The notes beneath the pieces are model-generated. The model made no database searches. It had not been told where the DNA came from and saw only the letters and a program-made list of their open reading frames with translations. From the UHGV virus genome UHGV-0209998: a stretch of 20,997 bases of DNA. One strand, 5' to 3'. Made by a program: the position numbers and the translations under genes. Origin of the DNA: a virus. Shown here one piece after another: positions 1-8,727 of this stretch; the first letter of the stretch is position 1; each line of letters starts with the position of its first letter.

Positions 1-735
1 GGGTCAGATTGTAAAATTGATTTCGTTCGTGGTCCTTTGACTAATTTTGCCAGTGCAGCTTCATTTGATGGTCGTCAAAAAGTAATCGTTATTGATGAAT
101 TTGACCGTTCAGGGTTAGCAGAGTCTCAGCGACATCTTCGTTCCTTTATGGAAGCTTACAGTTCAAACTGTAGTATTATTATTACTGCTAACAATATTGA
201 TGGTATTATTAAACCACTTCAGTCACGATGCCGAGTTATTACGTTCGGTCAACCGACCGATGAAGATAAAATTGAAATGATGAAGCAGATGATTCGTCGA
301 TTGACTGAAATCTGCAAGCATGAAGGAATTGCTATAGCTGATATGAAAGTTGTAGCAGCTTTGGTTAAAAAGAATTTTCCTGATTTTCGTAAAACTATTG
401 GCGAGCTCGATAGTTATTCATCTAAAGGTGTTTTGGATGCTGGTATTTTATCACTGGTTACTAACGATCGTGGTGCTATTGATGATGTTCTTGAGTCTCT
501 CAAAAATAAAGATGTTAAACAACTCAGAGCTTTAGCACCAAAATATGCGGCTGATTATTCATGGTTCGTTGGTAAACTTGCCGAAGAAATTTATTCACGT
601 GTAACTCCACAGAGTATTATTCGTATGTATGAAATTGTCGGTGAAAATAACCAGTATCATGGAATTGCAGCTAACACGGAATTACATTTAGCTTATCTTT
701 TCATTCAATTAGCATGTGAAATGCAGTGGAAGTGA
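1..735 (+). CDS. 44: Clamp loader large subunit gp44 (AAA+), 5'-truncated at window edge
   Basis: Frame 1 is open from base 1 to TGA at 733-735; the track ORF at 37 begins on TTG, so the gene continues upstream. Translation has Walker B VIVIDEFD and the clamp-loader SRC motif (LQSRCRV). Matches T4 gp44 C-terminal region from memory. Confidence 0.9.
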   Translation, partial: GSDCKIDFVRGPLTNFASAASFDGRQKVIVIDEFDRSGLAESQRHLRSFMEAYSSNCSIIITANNIDGIIKPLQSRCRVITFGQPTDEDKIEMMKQMIRRLTEICKHEGIAIADMKVVAALVKKNFPDFRKTIGELDSYSSKGVLDAGILSLVTNDRGAIDDVLESLKNKDVKQLRALAPKYAADYSWFVGKLAEEIYSRVTPQSIIRMYEIVGENNQYHGIAANTELHLAYLFIQLACEMQWK

Positions 736-736
736 T

Positions 737-1300
737 ATGAGCTTATTTGAAGATGATATTCAATTAAACGAGCATCAAGTTGCTTGGTATTCAAAAGATT
801 GGACAGCTGTCCAATCTGCTGCCGATTCTTTTAAAGAAAAAGCTGAAAATGAATTTTTTGAAATAATTGGAGCTATTAATAATAAAACTAAATGCTCTAT
901 TGCTCAAAAAGATTATTCAAAATACATGGTTGAGAATGCACTATCACAATTTCCGGAGTGCATGCCGGCAGTGTATGCAATGAATTTAATAGGTTCTGGA
1001 TTAAGTGATGAAGCTCATTTTAATTATCTGATGGCCGCGGTTCCTCGTGGTAAAAGATATGGTAAATGGGCAAAACTAGTTGAAGATTCTACCGAAGTAT
1101 TGATTATTAAGTTGCTTGCTAAGCGGTATCAAGTTAATACGAATGATGCAATTAACTATAAATCAATTCTTACTAAAAATGGAAAACTTCCTTTAGTATT
1201 AAAAGAACTAAAAGGTTTAGTCACGGATGATTTTTTGAAAGAAGTGACTAAGAACGTAAAAGAACAGAAACAACTCAAAAAACTAGCATTGGAATGGTAA
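737..1300 (+). CDS. 62: Clamp loader small subunit gp62
   Basis: First ATG at 737, one base after the gene 44 stop; the track ORF at 716 begins on GTG. Product [22 protein letters not shown]... matches T4 gp62 from memory; 187 aa. Confidence 0.88.
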   Translation: MSLFEDDIQLNEHQVAWYSKDWTAVQSAADSFKEKAENEFFEIIGAINNKTKCSIAQKDYSKYMVENALSQFPECMPAVYAMNLIGSGLSDEAHFNYLMAAVPRGKRYGKWAKLVEDSTEVLIIKLLAKRYQVNTNDAINYKSILTKNGKLPLVLKELKGLVTDDFLKEVTKNVKEQKQLKKLALEW

Positions 1301-1301
1301 A

Positions 1302-1670
1302 ATGATTGAAATTACTCTTAAAAAACCTGAAGATTTTCTGAAAGTAAAAGAAACTTTGACTCGTATGGGAATTGCTAATAATAAAGATAAAGTTCTGTAT
1401 CAGTCCTGTCATATTCTCCAGAAAAAAGGACTATACTATATCGTTCATTTTAAAGAAATGCTTCGTATGGATGGTCGTCAGGTTGAAATGACAGAAGAAG
1501 ATGAAATTCGTCGTGATTCGATTGCGTGGCTGTTAGAAGATTGGGGACTGATTGAAATCGCTCCAGGCCAAAGAACTTTTATGAAAGATTTAACTAATAA
1601 CTTCCGAGTTATTTCTTTTAAACAAAAGCACGAATGGAAACTTGTTCCTAAATATACGATTGGTAATTAA
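1302..1670 (+). CDS. regA: RegA translational repressor
   Basis: ATG at 1302 directly after the gene 62 TAA; 122 aa product MIEITLKKPEDFLKVKETLTRMGIANNKDKVLYQSCHILQKKGLYY... matches T4 RegA from memory; synteny 44-62-regA-43. Confidence 0.92.
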   Translation: MIEITLKKPEDFLKVKETLTRMGIANNKDKVLYQSCHILQKKGLYYIVHFKEMLRMDGRQVEMTEEDEIRRDSIAWLLEDWGLIEIAPGQRTFMKDLTNNFRVISFKQKHEWKLVPKYTIGN

Positions 1671-1671
1671 T

Positions 1672-1893
1672 ATGACTGCTATAACCCCGCAAGAATACAT
1701 GGCGTCTCTTAAAGAAAAATATAATCTTTCTGCAACAGAAACACTTTTTGATTTACCAGAAAACCTCCAACTAAAATTTCAGGTAGAATTTCAAAAATTA
1801 GTTCACCCAGAACAAAAACACTTTACTGCAGTCGTTAAGTCAATTAATGCAGATGGATTGACAATTTTCACCCGACAAATAGTACTAATTTAA
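1672..1893 (+). CDS. Hypothetical small protein (73 aa) between regA and gene 43
   Basis: First ATG at 1672, two bases after the regA TAA; the track ORF start at 1642 is a TTG inside regA. Stop at 1891-1893 sits immediately before the hairpin terminator at 1896. No recognisable motif. Confidence 0.5.
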   Translation: MTAITPQEYMASLKEKYNLSATETLFDLPENLQLKFQVEFQKLVHPEQKHFTAVVKSINADGLTIFTRQIVLI

Positions 1894-1895
1894 GC

Positions 1896-1918
1896 AAGGG
1901 GCTTCGGCCCCTTATTTG
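1896..1918 (+). terminator. Rho-independent terminator downstream of the regA operon
   Basis: Stem AAGGGGC (1896-1902) / GCCCCTT (1907-1913) with a TTCG tetraloop, followed by T-rich TTATTT. Confidence 0.6.
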
Positions 1919-1935
1919 GAGTATAATATATCAAG

Positions 1936-1974
1936 AGCCTAATAACTCGGGCTATAAACTAAGGAATATCTATG
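1936..1974 (+). promoter_or_regulatory. Candidate gene 43 autogenous translational operator (hairpin plus Shine-Dalgarno)
   Basis: RNA hairpin with a 5 bp stem (AGCCU 1936-1940 / GGGCU 1949-1953, one G-U pair) and an 8 nt loop AAUAACUC, followed by AAGGAA and the ATG at 1972. This matches the known architecture of the T4 gp43 operator; a TATAAT-like hexamer lies at 1922-1927. Confidence 0.5.
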
Positions 1975-4668
1975 AAAGAATTTTATATCTCTATCGAAAC
2001 AGTCGGAAATAACATTGTTGAGCGTTATATTGATGAAAACGGAAAGGAACGTACTCGTGAAGTAGAATATCTTCCGACTATGTTTAGGCATTGTAAGGAA
2101 GAGTCAAAATACAAAGACATCTATGGTAAAAATTGTGCTCCTCAAAAATTTCCATCAATGAAAGATGCACGAGACTGGATGAAGCGAATGGAAGACATCG
2201 GTCTCGAAGCTCTAGGTATGAACGATTTTAAACTCGCTTATATCAGTGATACATACGGTTCAGAAATTGTTTATGACCGAAAATTTGTTCGTGTAGCTAA
2301 CTGCGACATTGAGGTTACTGGTGATAAATTTCCTGACCCAATGAAAGCAGAATATGAAATTGATGCTATCACCCATTATGATTCAATTGACGATCGTTTT
2401 TACGTCTTTGATTTGTTGAATTCAATGTATGGTTCAGTATCAAAATGGGATGCAAAATTAGCTGCTAAGCTTGACTGTGAAGGTGGTGATGAAGTTCCTC
2501 AAGAAATTCTTGACCGAGTAATTTATATGCCATTTGATAATGAGCGTGATATGCTCATGGAATATATTAATCTCTGGGAACAGAAACGACCTGCTATTTT
2601 TACTGGTTGGAATATTGAGGGATTTGACGTTCCGTATATCATGAATCGTGTTAAAATGGTTCTCGGTGAACGTAGTATGAAACGCTTCTCTCCAATCGGT
2701 CGAGTAAAATCTAAACTAATTCAAAACATGTACGGTAGCAAAGAAATTTATTCTATTGATGGCGTATCTATTCTTGATTATTTAGATTTGTATAAGAAAT
2801 TCGCGTTTACTAATTTGCCGTCATTCTCTTTGGAATCAGTTGCTCAACATGAAACCAAAAAAGGTAAATTACCGTACGATGGTCCTATTAATAAACTTCG
2901 TGAGACTAATCATCAACGATACATTAGTTATAACATCATTGACGTAGAATCAGTTCAAGCAATCGATAAAATTCGTGGGTTTATCGATCTGGTTTTAAGT
3001 ATGTCTTATTACGCTAAAATGCCTTTTTCTGGTGTAATGAGTCCTATTAAAACTTGGGATGCTATTATTTTTAACTCATTGAAAGGTGAACATAAGGTTA
3101 TTCCTCAACAAGGTTCGCACGTTAAACAGAGTTTTCCAGGTGCATTTGTATTTGAACCTAAACCGATTGCTCGTCGATATATTATGAGTTTTGACTTAAC
3201 TTCTCTGTATCCGAGCATTATTCGTCAGGTTAACATTAGTCCTGAGACTATTCGTGGTCAGTTTAAAGTTCATCCAATTCATGAATATATCGCAGGAACA
3301 GCTCCTAAGCCAAGTGATGAGTATTCTTGTTCTCCGAATGGATGGATGTATGATAAGCATCAAGAAGGTATCATTCCAAAGGAAATCGCTAAAGTATTTT
3401 TCCAACGTAAAGACTGGAAAAAGAAAATGTTCGCCGAAGAAATGAATGCCGAAGCTATTAAAAAAATTATTATGAAAGGCGCAGGGACTTGTTCAACTAA
3501 ACCAGAAGTTGAACGATATGTTAAGTTCAATGATGATTTCTTAAATGAACTATCGAATTACACCGAATCTGTTCTTAATAGTTTGATTGAAGAATGTGAA
3601 AAAGCTGCTACACTTGCTAATACAAATCAGCTGAACCGTAAAATTCTTATTAACAGTCTTTATGGTGCTCTTGGTAATATTCATTTCCGTTACTATGATT
3701 TGCGAAATGCTACTGCTATCACAATTTTCGGCCAAGTTGGTATTCAGTGGATTGCTCGTAAAATTAATGAATATCTGAATAAAGTGTGTGGAACTAATGG
3801 TGAAGACTTCATCGCAGCTGGTGACACTGATTCGGTATATGTTTGTGTAGACAAAGTTATTGAAAAAGTAGGTCTTGACCGCTTTAAAGAACAAAATGAT
3901 TTAGTTGAATTCATGAATCAGTTCGGTAAGAAAAAGATGGAACCGATGATTGATGTTGCATATCGTGAGTTATGTGATTATATGAATAACCGCGAGCATC
4001 TGATGCATATGGACCGTGAAGCAATTTCTTGTCCTCCACTTGGTTCAAAGGGTGTCGGTGGTTTTTGGAAAGCGAAAAAGCGTTATGCTTTGAATGTTTA
4101 TGATATGGAAGATAAGCGATTTGCTGAACCACATCTAAAAATCATGGGTATGGAAACTCAACAGAGTTCAACACCAAAAGCAGTGCAAGAAGCTCTCGAA
4201 GAAAGTATTCGTCGTATTCTTCAGGAAGGTGAAGAGTCTGTCCAAGAATATTACAAGAACTTCGAGAAAGAATATCGTCAACTTGACTATAAAGTTATCG
4301 CTGAAGTAAAAACTGCGAACGATATAGCGAAATACGATGATAAAGGTTGGCCAGGATTTAAATGCCCGTTCCATATTCGTGGTGTGCTAACTTATCGTCG
4401 AGCTGTTAGTGGTTTAGGTGTAGCTCCAATTTTAGATGGAAATAAAGTAATGGTTCTTCCATTACGTGAAGGAAATCCATTTGGCGATAAGTGTATTGCT
4501 TGGCCATCTGGCACAGAACTTCCAAAGGAAATTCGTTCTGACGTACTGTCTTGGATTGACTACTCAACTTTGTTCCAAAAATCGTTTGTTAAACCACTTG
4601 CGGGTATGTGCGAATCAGCAGGTATGGACTATGAAGAAAAAGCTTCGTTAGACTTCCTGTTTGGCTGA
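1972..4668 (+). CDS. 43: DNA polymerase gp43 (family B, with 3'-5' exonuclease)
   Basis: 898 aa ORF. Exo I motif (VANCDIEV), polymerase motif A (DLTSLYPSII), motif C (AAGDTDSVYV) and KKRY (KAKKRYAL) are all visible. Near-identical to T4 gp43 as recalled. Confidence 0.97.
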   Translation: MKEFYISIETVGNNIVERYIDENGKERTREVEYLPTMFRHCKEESKYKDIYGKNCAPQKFPSMKDARDWMKRMEDIGLEALGMNDFKLAYISDTYGSEIVYDRKFVRVANCDIEVTGDKFPDPMKAEYEIDAITHYDSIDDRFYVFDLLNSMYGSVSKWDAKLAAKLDCEGGDEVPQEILDRVIYMPFDNERDMLMEYINLWEQKRPAIFTGWNIEGFDVPYIMNRVKMVLGERSMKRFSPIGRVKSKLIQNMYGSKEIYSIDGVSILDYLDLYKKFAFTNLPSFSLESVAQHETKKGKLPYDGPINKLRETNHQRYISYNIIDVESVQAIDKIRGFIDLVLSMSYYAKMPFSGVMSPIKTWDAIIFNSLKGEHKVIPQQGSHVKQSFPGAFVFEPKPIARRYIMSFDLTSLYPSIIRQVNISPETIRGQFKVHPIHEYIAGTAPKPSDEYSCSPNGWMYDKHQEGIIPKEIAKVFFQRKDWKKKMFAEEMNAEAIKKIIMKGAGTCSTKPEVERYVKFNDDFLNELSNYTESVLNSLIEECEKAATLANTNQLNRKILINSLYGALGNIHFRYYDLRNATAITIFGQVGIQWIARKINEYLNKVCGTNGEDFIAAGDTDSVYVCVDKVIEKVGLDRFKEQNDLVEFMNQFGKKKMEPMIDVAYRELCDYMNNREHLMHMDREAISCPPLGSKGVGGFWKAKKRYALNVYDMEDKRFAEPHLKIMGMETQQSSTPKAVQEALEESIRRILQEGEESVQEYYKNFEKEYRQLDYKVIAEVKTANDIAKYDDKGWPGFKCPFHIRGVLTYRRAVSGLGVAPILDGNKVMVLPLREGNPFGDKCIAWPSGTELPKEIRSDVLSWIDYSTLFQKSFVKPLAGMCESAGMDYEEKASLDFLFG

Positions 4669-4680
4669 TAGAATAAATCT

Positions 4681-4702
4681 AGGGACCTCCGGGTCCCTTT
4701 TT
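4681..4702 (+). terminator. Rho-independent terminator after gene 43
   Basis: Stem GGGACC (4682-4687) / GGTCCC (4692-4697) with loop TCCG, followed by TTTTT (4698-4702). Confidence 0.7.
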
Positions 4703-4785
4703 CATACAAGTAATATAAATCTATACTTAGGAAAAATAGATGATTCTAGGTCCTGTAAATTCATTAAAAATTTTTCACAAAACTG

Positions 4786-4814
4786 TTTACATCTCTGTTC
4801 TTCCATGGTACTAT
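4786..4814 (+). promoter_or_regulatory. Early (sigma70-type) promoter
   Basis: -35 TTTACA (4786-4791), 17 nt spacer, TGg extended -10 TACTAT (4809-4814); about 35 nt upstream of the ATG at 4849. Same pattern recurs at five other sites. Confidence 0.5.
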
Positions 4815-4848
4815 ACAACTATCAACTGATACGGATTTGGAGAATAAA

Positions 4849-5085
4849 ATGAAAATTGTTTATGGTTGTTTAGCAATGTGTTTAGTTGCATTAGCAACTG
4901 TTCCATTTATTGATATTGAAAATGACACTCAGAATGTGATTGAATCTAATACTATTATTCACATGAATGGGAAAGTATCAACTAAAATTGGTGATAATCT
5001 TCATATGAATACTAACGGATCTTTAGGTGTTCAATTAGGGAATACATGTGTGAGCACTACAGGTGTAATTACTACTTGCATTTGA
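4849..5085 (+). CDS. Hypothetical secreted/membrane protein (78 aa), upstream of imm (imm.1 position)
   Basis: ATG at 4849 with GGAG 6 nt upstream; the track ORF start at 4837 is TTG. Hydrophobic N-terminus MKIVYGCLAMCLVALATVPF is signal-peptide or TM-like. Confidence 0.6.
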   Translation: MKIVYGCLAMCLVALATVPFIDIENDTQNVIESNTIIHMNGKVSTKIGDNLHMNTNGSLGVQLGNTCVSTTGVITTCI

Positions 5086-5095
5086 GGAAATTGTT

Positions 5096-5476
5096 ATGAA
5101 AATCGCTATTTTGGTTATTGCATTGGGTCTTACTGGTTGTGTAGCTCAAGGACCGGTAGTAAATCAATCTGATGTAGGAAAAATTGTAAACTGCTCAAGC
5201 AAATTTTATAATCCTAATGTCAAGTGTTATAAAGAAGCTCCGAAGCAGACAGTAGAGCAAATGCAGGCGAATTTTGACGAAGCTATTCGCCCAGATGAAT
5301 CTGCTCAAGCATATCGTAATTCAGATGTAATTACACACGAAGAAAAAATTGAAAATTATTGCGCTGAACTTTGGGCAAATTGGGCTAATAATTACCAATG
5401 GCGTACAGGTAAAAATGCTCCGATGGAGTATGTGGTGAATTCTTATAATTCATGTGTAAAAAATTTGACTAAGTGA
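5096..5476 (+). CDS. Predicted lipoprotein (126 aa)
   Basis: ATG at 5096 preceded by GAGGAAA. N-terminus MKIAILVIALGLTGC has a lipobox (LTGC); the mature part carries 6 further Cys. Confidence 0.7.
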   Translation: MKIAILVIALGLTGCVAQGPVVNQSDVGKIVNCSSKFYNPNVKCYKEAPKQTVEQMQANFDEAIRPDESAQAYRNSDVITHEEKIENYCAELWANWANNYQWRTGKNAPMEYVVNSYNSCVKNLTK

Positions 5477-5483
5477 GGAAAAT

Positions 5484-5735
5484 ATGGAAACTTTAGTAGC
5501 AGGTTCAATTTTTATGGTTTTAGTTTCAGGCGTGTTGGCTATTATTATATACATGCTTCCATGGTTCATTGCCTTGATGCGTGGGTCAAAATCGACAGTA
5601 GGAATCTTTTTCACGTCTTTACTGTTTAACTGGTCAATTATCGGTTGGTTTATTACATTTATTTGGTCAATTGCTGGTGAAACTAAAAAGTCTGCACAGC
5701 CAAATCAGGTAATTATCATCAGAGAGAAAGAATGA
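5484..5735 (+). CDS. imm: Imm superinfection immunity membrane protein
   Basis: 83 aa with two predicted TM helices (METLVAGSIFMVLVSGVLAIIIYMLPWFIAL... and LLFNWSIIGWFITFIWSIAG). Size and position between 43 and 42 match T4 Imm. Confidence 0.8.
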   Translation: METLVAGSIFMVLVSGVLAIIIYMLPWFIALMRGSKSTVGIFFTSLLFNWSIIGWFITFIWSIAGETKKSAQPNQVIIIREKE

Positions 5736-5881
5736 AAAGCAAAATTATAGCAGTGTTGCTTTTAATCTTGATGGTTATAATAAGTATATACTATAGCGTA
5801 ACAGTTCCTGTTATGATTCCAACTCTTATCATAGGGTGGGGTTTATTACTGTTACAATTTAAATATGAATGCATCAATTGA
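5732..5881 (+). CDS. Small hydrophobic protein (49 aa), not in the supplied ORF track
   Basis: ATG at 5732 overlaps the imm stop (ATGA). Translation MKSKIIAVLLLILMVIISIYYSVTVPVMIPTLIIGWGLLLLQFKYECIN is almost entirely TM-like. It fills the gap to gene 42, whose ATG follows 8 nt later. Confidence 0.45.
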   Translation: MKSKIIAVLLLILMVIISIYYSVTVPVMIPTLIIGWGLLLLQFKYECIN

Positions 5882-5888
5882 GGTTTAA

Positions 5889-6629
5889 ATGATTAATGAC
5901 TCTATGACAGTTGAAGAAATCCGTCTTCATTTAGGACTTGCATTAAAGGAAAAAGATTTCGTAATTGATAAAACTGGTGTTAAAACTATTGAAATTATTG
6001 GCGCATCATTTGTAGCAGATGAACCCTTTATTTTTGGTGCTCTTAATGACGAATACATTCAGCGTGAACTTGAATGGTACAAGTCTCAAAGTCTGTTTGT
6101 TAAAGATATTCCAGGTGAAACACCAAAGATTTGGCAGCAGGTAGCATCTTCTAAAGGCGAAATTAACTCGAATTATGGTTGGGCTATTTGGTCAGAAGAT
6201 AACTATGCCCAGTATGATATGTGCTTAGCTGAACTTGGTCAAAATCCTGATTCTCGACGTGGTATCATGATTTATACTCGCCCATCTATGCAGTTTGACT
6301 ACAACAAAGACGGCATGTCAGATTTCATGTGTACTAATACAGTACAGTACCTGATTCGTGACAAGAAAATCAATGCAGTTGTTAGCATGCGCTCAAATGA
6401 CGTGGTCTTCGGATTCCGTAATGATTATGCATGGCAAAAATACGTACTAGATAAATTAGTATCTGATTTGAATGCAGGCGATTCAACTCGTCAGTATAAA
6501 GCAGGTTCTATTATATGGAATGTTGGAAGTCTTCATGTATATTCCCGTCATTTTTACTTGGTTGATCATTGGTGGAATACTGGCGAAACTCATATTATGA
6601 AAAAAGATTATAACGGTGAGTGGAAATGA
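5889..6629 (+). CDS. 42: dCMP hydroxymethylase gp42 (thymidylate synthase fold)
   Basis: 246 aa; sequence MINDSMTVEEIRLHLGLALKEKDF... matches T4 gp42 from memory; GAGG SD upstream. Confidence 0.93.
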   Translation: MINDSMTVEEIRLHLGLALKEKDFVIDKTGVKTIEIIGASFVADEPFIFGALNDEYIQRELEWYKSQSLFVKDIPGETPKIWQQVASSKGEINSNYGWAIWSEDNYAQYDMCLAELGQNPDSRRGIMIYTRPSMQFDYNKDGMSDFMCTNTVQYLIRDKKINAVVSMRSNDVVFGFRNDYAWQKYVLDKLVSDLNAGDSTRQYKAGSIIWNVGSLHVYSRHFYLVDHWWNTGETHIMKKDYNGEWK

Positions 6630-7468
6630 TTCAATTTGTAATTCCAAGCTATCAACGCGTAGGGGCAGTTTCTGCCCTTGATATGTTTCCGACTGATTAT
6701 GAACCTCATATCGTAGTACGTGAACATGAAGAAAAAGCTTATTATGACGCTTACGGGTCTAGAGCTAAAATTATAACCATTCCTGATGATGTAAATGGAA
6801 TTGCTGGAACTCGTAAAGCAATTACTGATATGTATGCAGGTCAACGAATCTGGATGATTGACGATGATACTACGATTCGTATGAGCTCAATGCGAAAAAG
6901 AGATGATCGTCGTTGTGTAGATAAAATTAATCAATTAACCCGTGAACAATTCTACGAATTAATTCAATACGCTGAAGATGCTATGGATTGTGGGTATTAT
7001 CACGGTCATGCTCGTTTACCAATTTTTAAAATTACTTCATCTTGGGGTAATTATCGTGAAAATTCATATGGATTCACGAATACATGGTATGACCTCGGAA
7101 AACTTACGACAGAACAAATTGGGTATGGAAAAATTGATTTATGCGAAGATATGTATGCATTTCTCAATTTAATTAATCAAGGTTATCCGCATTTGGCCTT
7201 GTTCAAATACCTGGTTGTATCTGGAAAAGCACAGGCTCCGGGTGGGTGTAGTTCAATTCGTAGTAATTCTAAACATAATAGAGCGCTTGAGCAAATTAAT
7301 AAAGAGTTTCCAGAGCAAGCTCGTTGGAAGACATCTAATATTGAAAAGCGAAAATCGTTGGGTGAAGAAGACGAGCCGTTAAAGGTTCTTCGTATGTGTG
7401 TTTCGCGTAAAGAAAAATCAGAAGCATTTCATAAGTTTAATGCTATTCATCCAATAGCAGTTGATTAA
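6626..7468 (+). CDS. Putative HMC-DNA glycosyltransferase (GT-A-like DxD protein), possibly the T2/T6-type beta-glucosyl-HMC alpha-glucosyltransferase
   Basis: ATG at 6626 overlaps the gene 42 stop (ATGA); the track start at 6620 is GTG. It occupies the locus where T4 has beta-gt but does not resemble T4 beta-gt as I recall it. Has a hydrophobic strand followed by DDD (RIWMIDDDTTI). The specific family call is inference. Confidence 0.55.
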   Translation: MIQFVIPSYQRVGAVSALDMFPTDYEPHIVVREHEEKAYYDAYGSRAKIITIPDDVNGIAGTRKAITDMYAGQRIWMIDDDTTIRMSSMRKRDDRRCVDKINQLTREQFYELIQYAEDAMDCGYYHGHARLPIFKITSSWGNYRENSYGFTNTWYDLGKLTTEQIGYGKIDLCEDMYAFLNLINQGYPHLALFKYLVVSGKAQAPGGCSSIRSNSKHNRALEQINKEFPEQARWKTSNIEKRKSLGEEDEPLKVLRMCVSRKEKSEAFHKFNAIHPIAVD

Positions 7469-7492
7469 TGCCTAAATTTATTGTGTTATAAT
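7469..7492 (+). promoter_or_regulatory. Candidate middle-type promoter upstream of uvsX
   Basis: Imperfect MotA-box-like TGCCTAA (7469-7475), 11 nt spacer, TATAAT (7487-7492). Weak, one mismatch to TGCTT. Confidence 0.3.
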
Positions 7493-7545
7493 TACTTTAT
7501 CTTTAACCAGTGAGGAAAATATAATGATGCCTATGGAAAAAATGA

Positions 7546-8727
7546 ATGTCTATTGCAGATTTAAAATCCCGTTTGATTAAAGCTTCCACTTCTAAAATGA
7601 CTGCTGAGTTGACTACATCTAAATTCTTTAATGAAAAGGATGTAATTCGCACAAAAATCCCAATGCTTAATATCGCTATTTCTGGTGCGATTGATGGTGG
7701 TATGCAGTCTGGTTTAACAATTTTTGCAGGTCCTTCTAAACACTTTAAATCAAATATGTCTTTGACTATGGTTGCAGCGTATTTGAACAAATATCCTGAC
7801 GCGGTTTGTCTATTTTATGATAGCGAATTTGGTATTACTCCAGCTTATTTGCGATCCATGGGTGTTGACCCGGAACGAGTAATTCATACGCCAATTCAGT
7901 CAGTTGAACAACTGAAAATTGATATGGTGAATCAGCTTGAAGCTATTGAGCGTGGTGAAAAGGTTATTGTTTTCATTGACTCAATTGGTAATATGGCTTC
8001 TAAGAAAGAAACGGAAGATGCCTTGAATGAAAAATCTGTGGCAGATATGACTCGTGCTAAATCGCTGAAGTCATTATTCCGTATTGTTACTCCTTATTTT
8101 AGTATTAAAAATATTCCATGCGTTGCGGTTAACCATACAATTGAAACAATTGAAATGTTTAGTAAAACCGTGATGACAGGTGGTACAGGCGTAATGTATT
8201 CGGCTGATACTGTATTCATTATCGGTAAGCGTCAGATTAAAGATGGTTCTGATCTTCAGGGGTATCAATTTGTTCTAAATGTAGAAAAATCTCGTACCGT
8301 TAAAGAAAAAAGTAAATTCTTTATTGATGTTAAATTTGACGGTGGTATCGATCCTTATTCTGGATTGTTAGATATGGCTCTAGAATTAGGATTTGTAGTA
8401 AAACCTAAAAATGGTTGGTATGCTCGTGAATTTCTTGATGAAGAAACTGGCGAGATGATTCGCGAAGAAAAATCTTGGCGTGCAAAAGATACCAACTGTA
8501 CTACATTCTGGGGTCCTTTATTTAAGCATCAACCATTCCGAGATGCTATTAAACGTGCTTATCAATTAGGTGCTATTGATAGTAATGAAATTGTTGAAGC
8601 TGAAGTTGATGAATTGATTAACTCAAAGGTTGAAAAATTTAAATCTCCAGAAAGTAAAAGTAAATCAGCAGCTGATTTAGAAACTGACCTAGATCAGTTA
8701 AGTGATATGGAAGAATTTAATGAATAA
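7546..8727 (+). CDS. uvsX: UvsX recombinase (RecA-like)
   Basis: 393 aa; Walker A GPSKHFKS; matches T4 UvsX from memory. First in-frame ATG after a TGA at 7543-7545. Confidence 0.95.
   Translation: MSIADLKSRLIKASTSKMTAELTTSKFFNEKDVIRTKIPMLNIAISGAIDGGMQSGLTIFAGPSKHFKSNMSLTMVAAYLNKYPDAVCLFYDSEFGITPAYLRSMGVDPERVIHTPIQSVEQLKIDMVNQLEAIERGEKVIVFIDSIGNMASKKETEDALNEKSVADMTRAKSLKSLFRIVTPYFSIKNIPCVAVNHTIETIEMFSKTVMTGGTGVMYSADTVFIIGKRQIKDGSDLQGYQFVLNVEKSRTVKEKSKFFIDVKFDGGIDPYSGLLDMALELGFVVKPKNGWYAREFLDEETGEMIREEKSWRAKDTNCTTFWGPLFKHQPFRDAIKRAYQLGAIDSNEIVEAEVDELINSKVEKFKSPESKSKSAADLETDLDQLSDMEEFNE

Noticed and set aside
1922-1960. TATAAACT near 1953-1960 as a late promoter for gene 43
   Set aside because: One mismatch to the TATAAATA consensus, and it overlaps the operator hairpin and SD region; more consistent with operator sequence than a late promoter.
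3196-4374. Minus-strand ORFs of 68-114 aa (3196-3405, 3550-3894, 3911-4132, 4168-4374) and plus-strand out-of-frame ORFs (3254-3445, 4466-4651) inside gene 43
   Set aside because: They lie entirely within the conserved DNA polymerase coding sequence, have no Shine-Dalgarno sequence and low-complexity translations; AT-rich antisense frames like this arise by chance.
4661-4852. 63 aa plus-strand ORF spanning the gene 43 terminator and the early promoter
   Set aside because: It starts within the last codons of gene 43, reads through the terminator hairpin and promoter, and has no RBS; intergenic read-through artefact.
7525-7581. 18-codon ORF (MMPMEKMNVYCRFKIPFD) overlapping the uvsX start
   Set aside because: Too short, overlaps the uvsX initiation region in another frame, and is most likely part of the uvsX leader.
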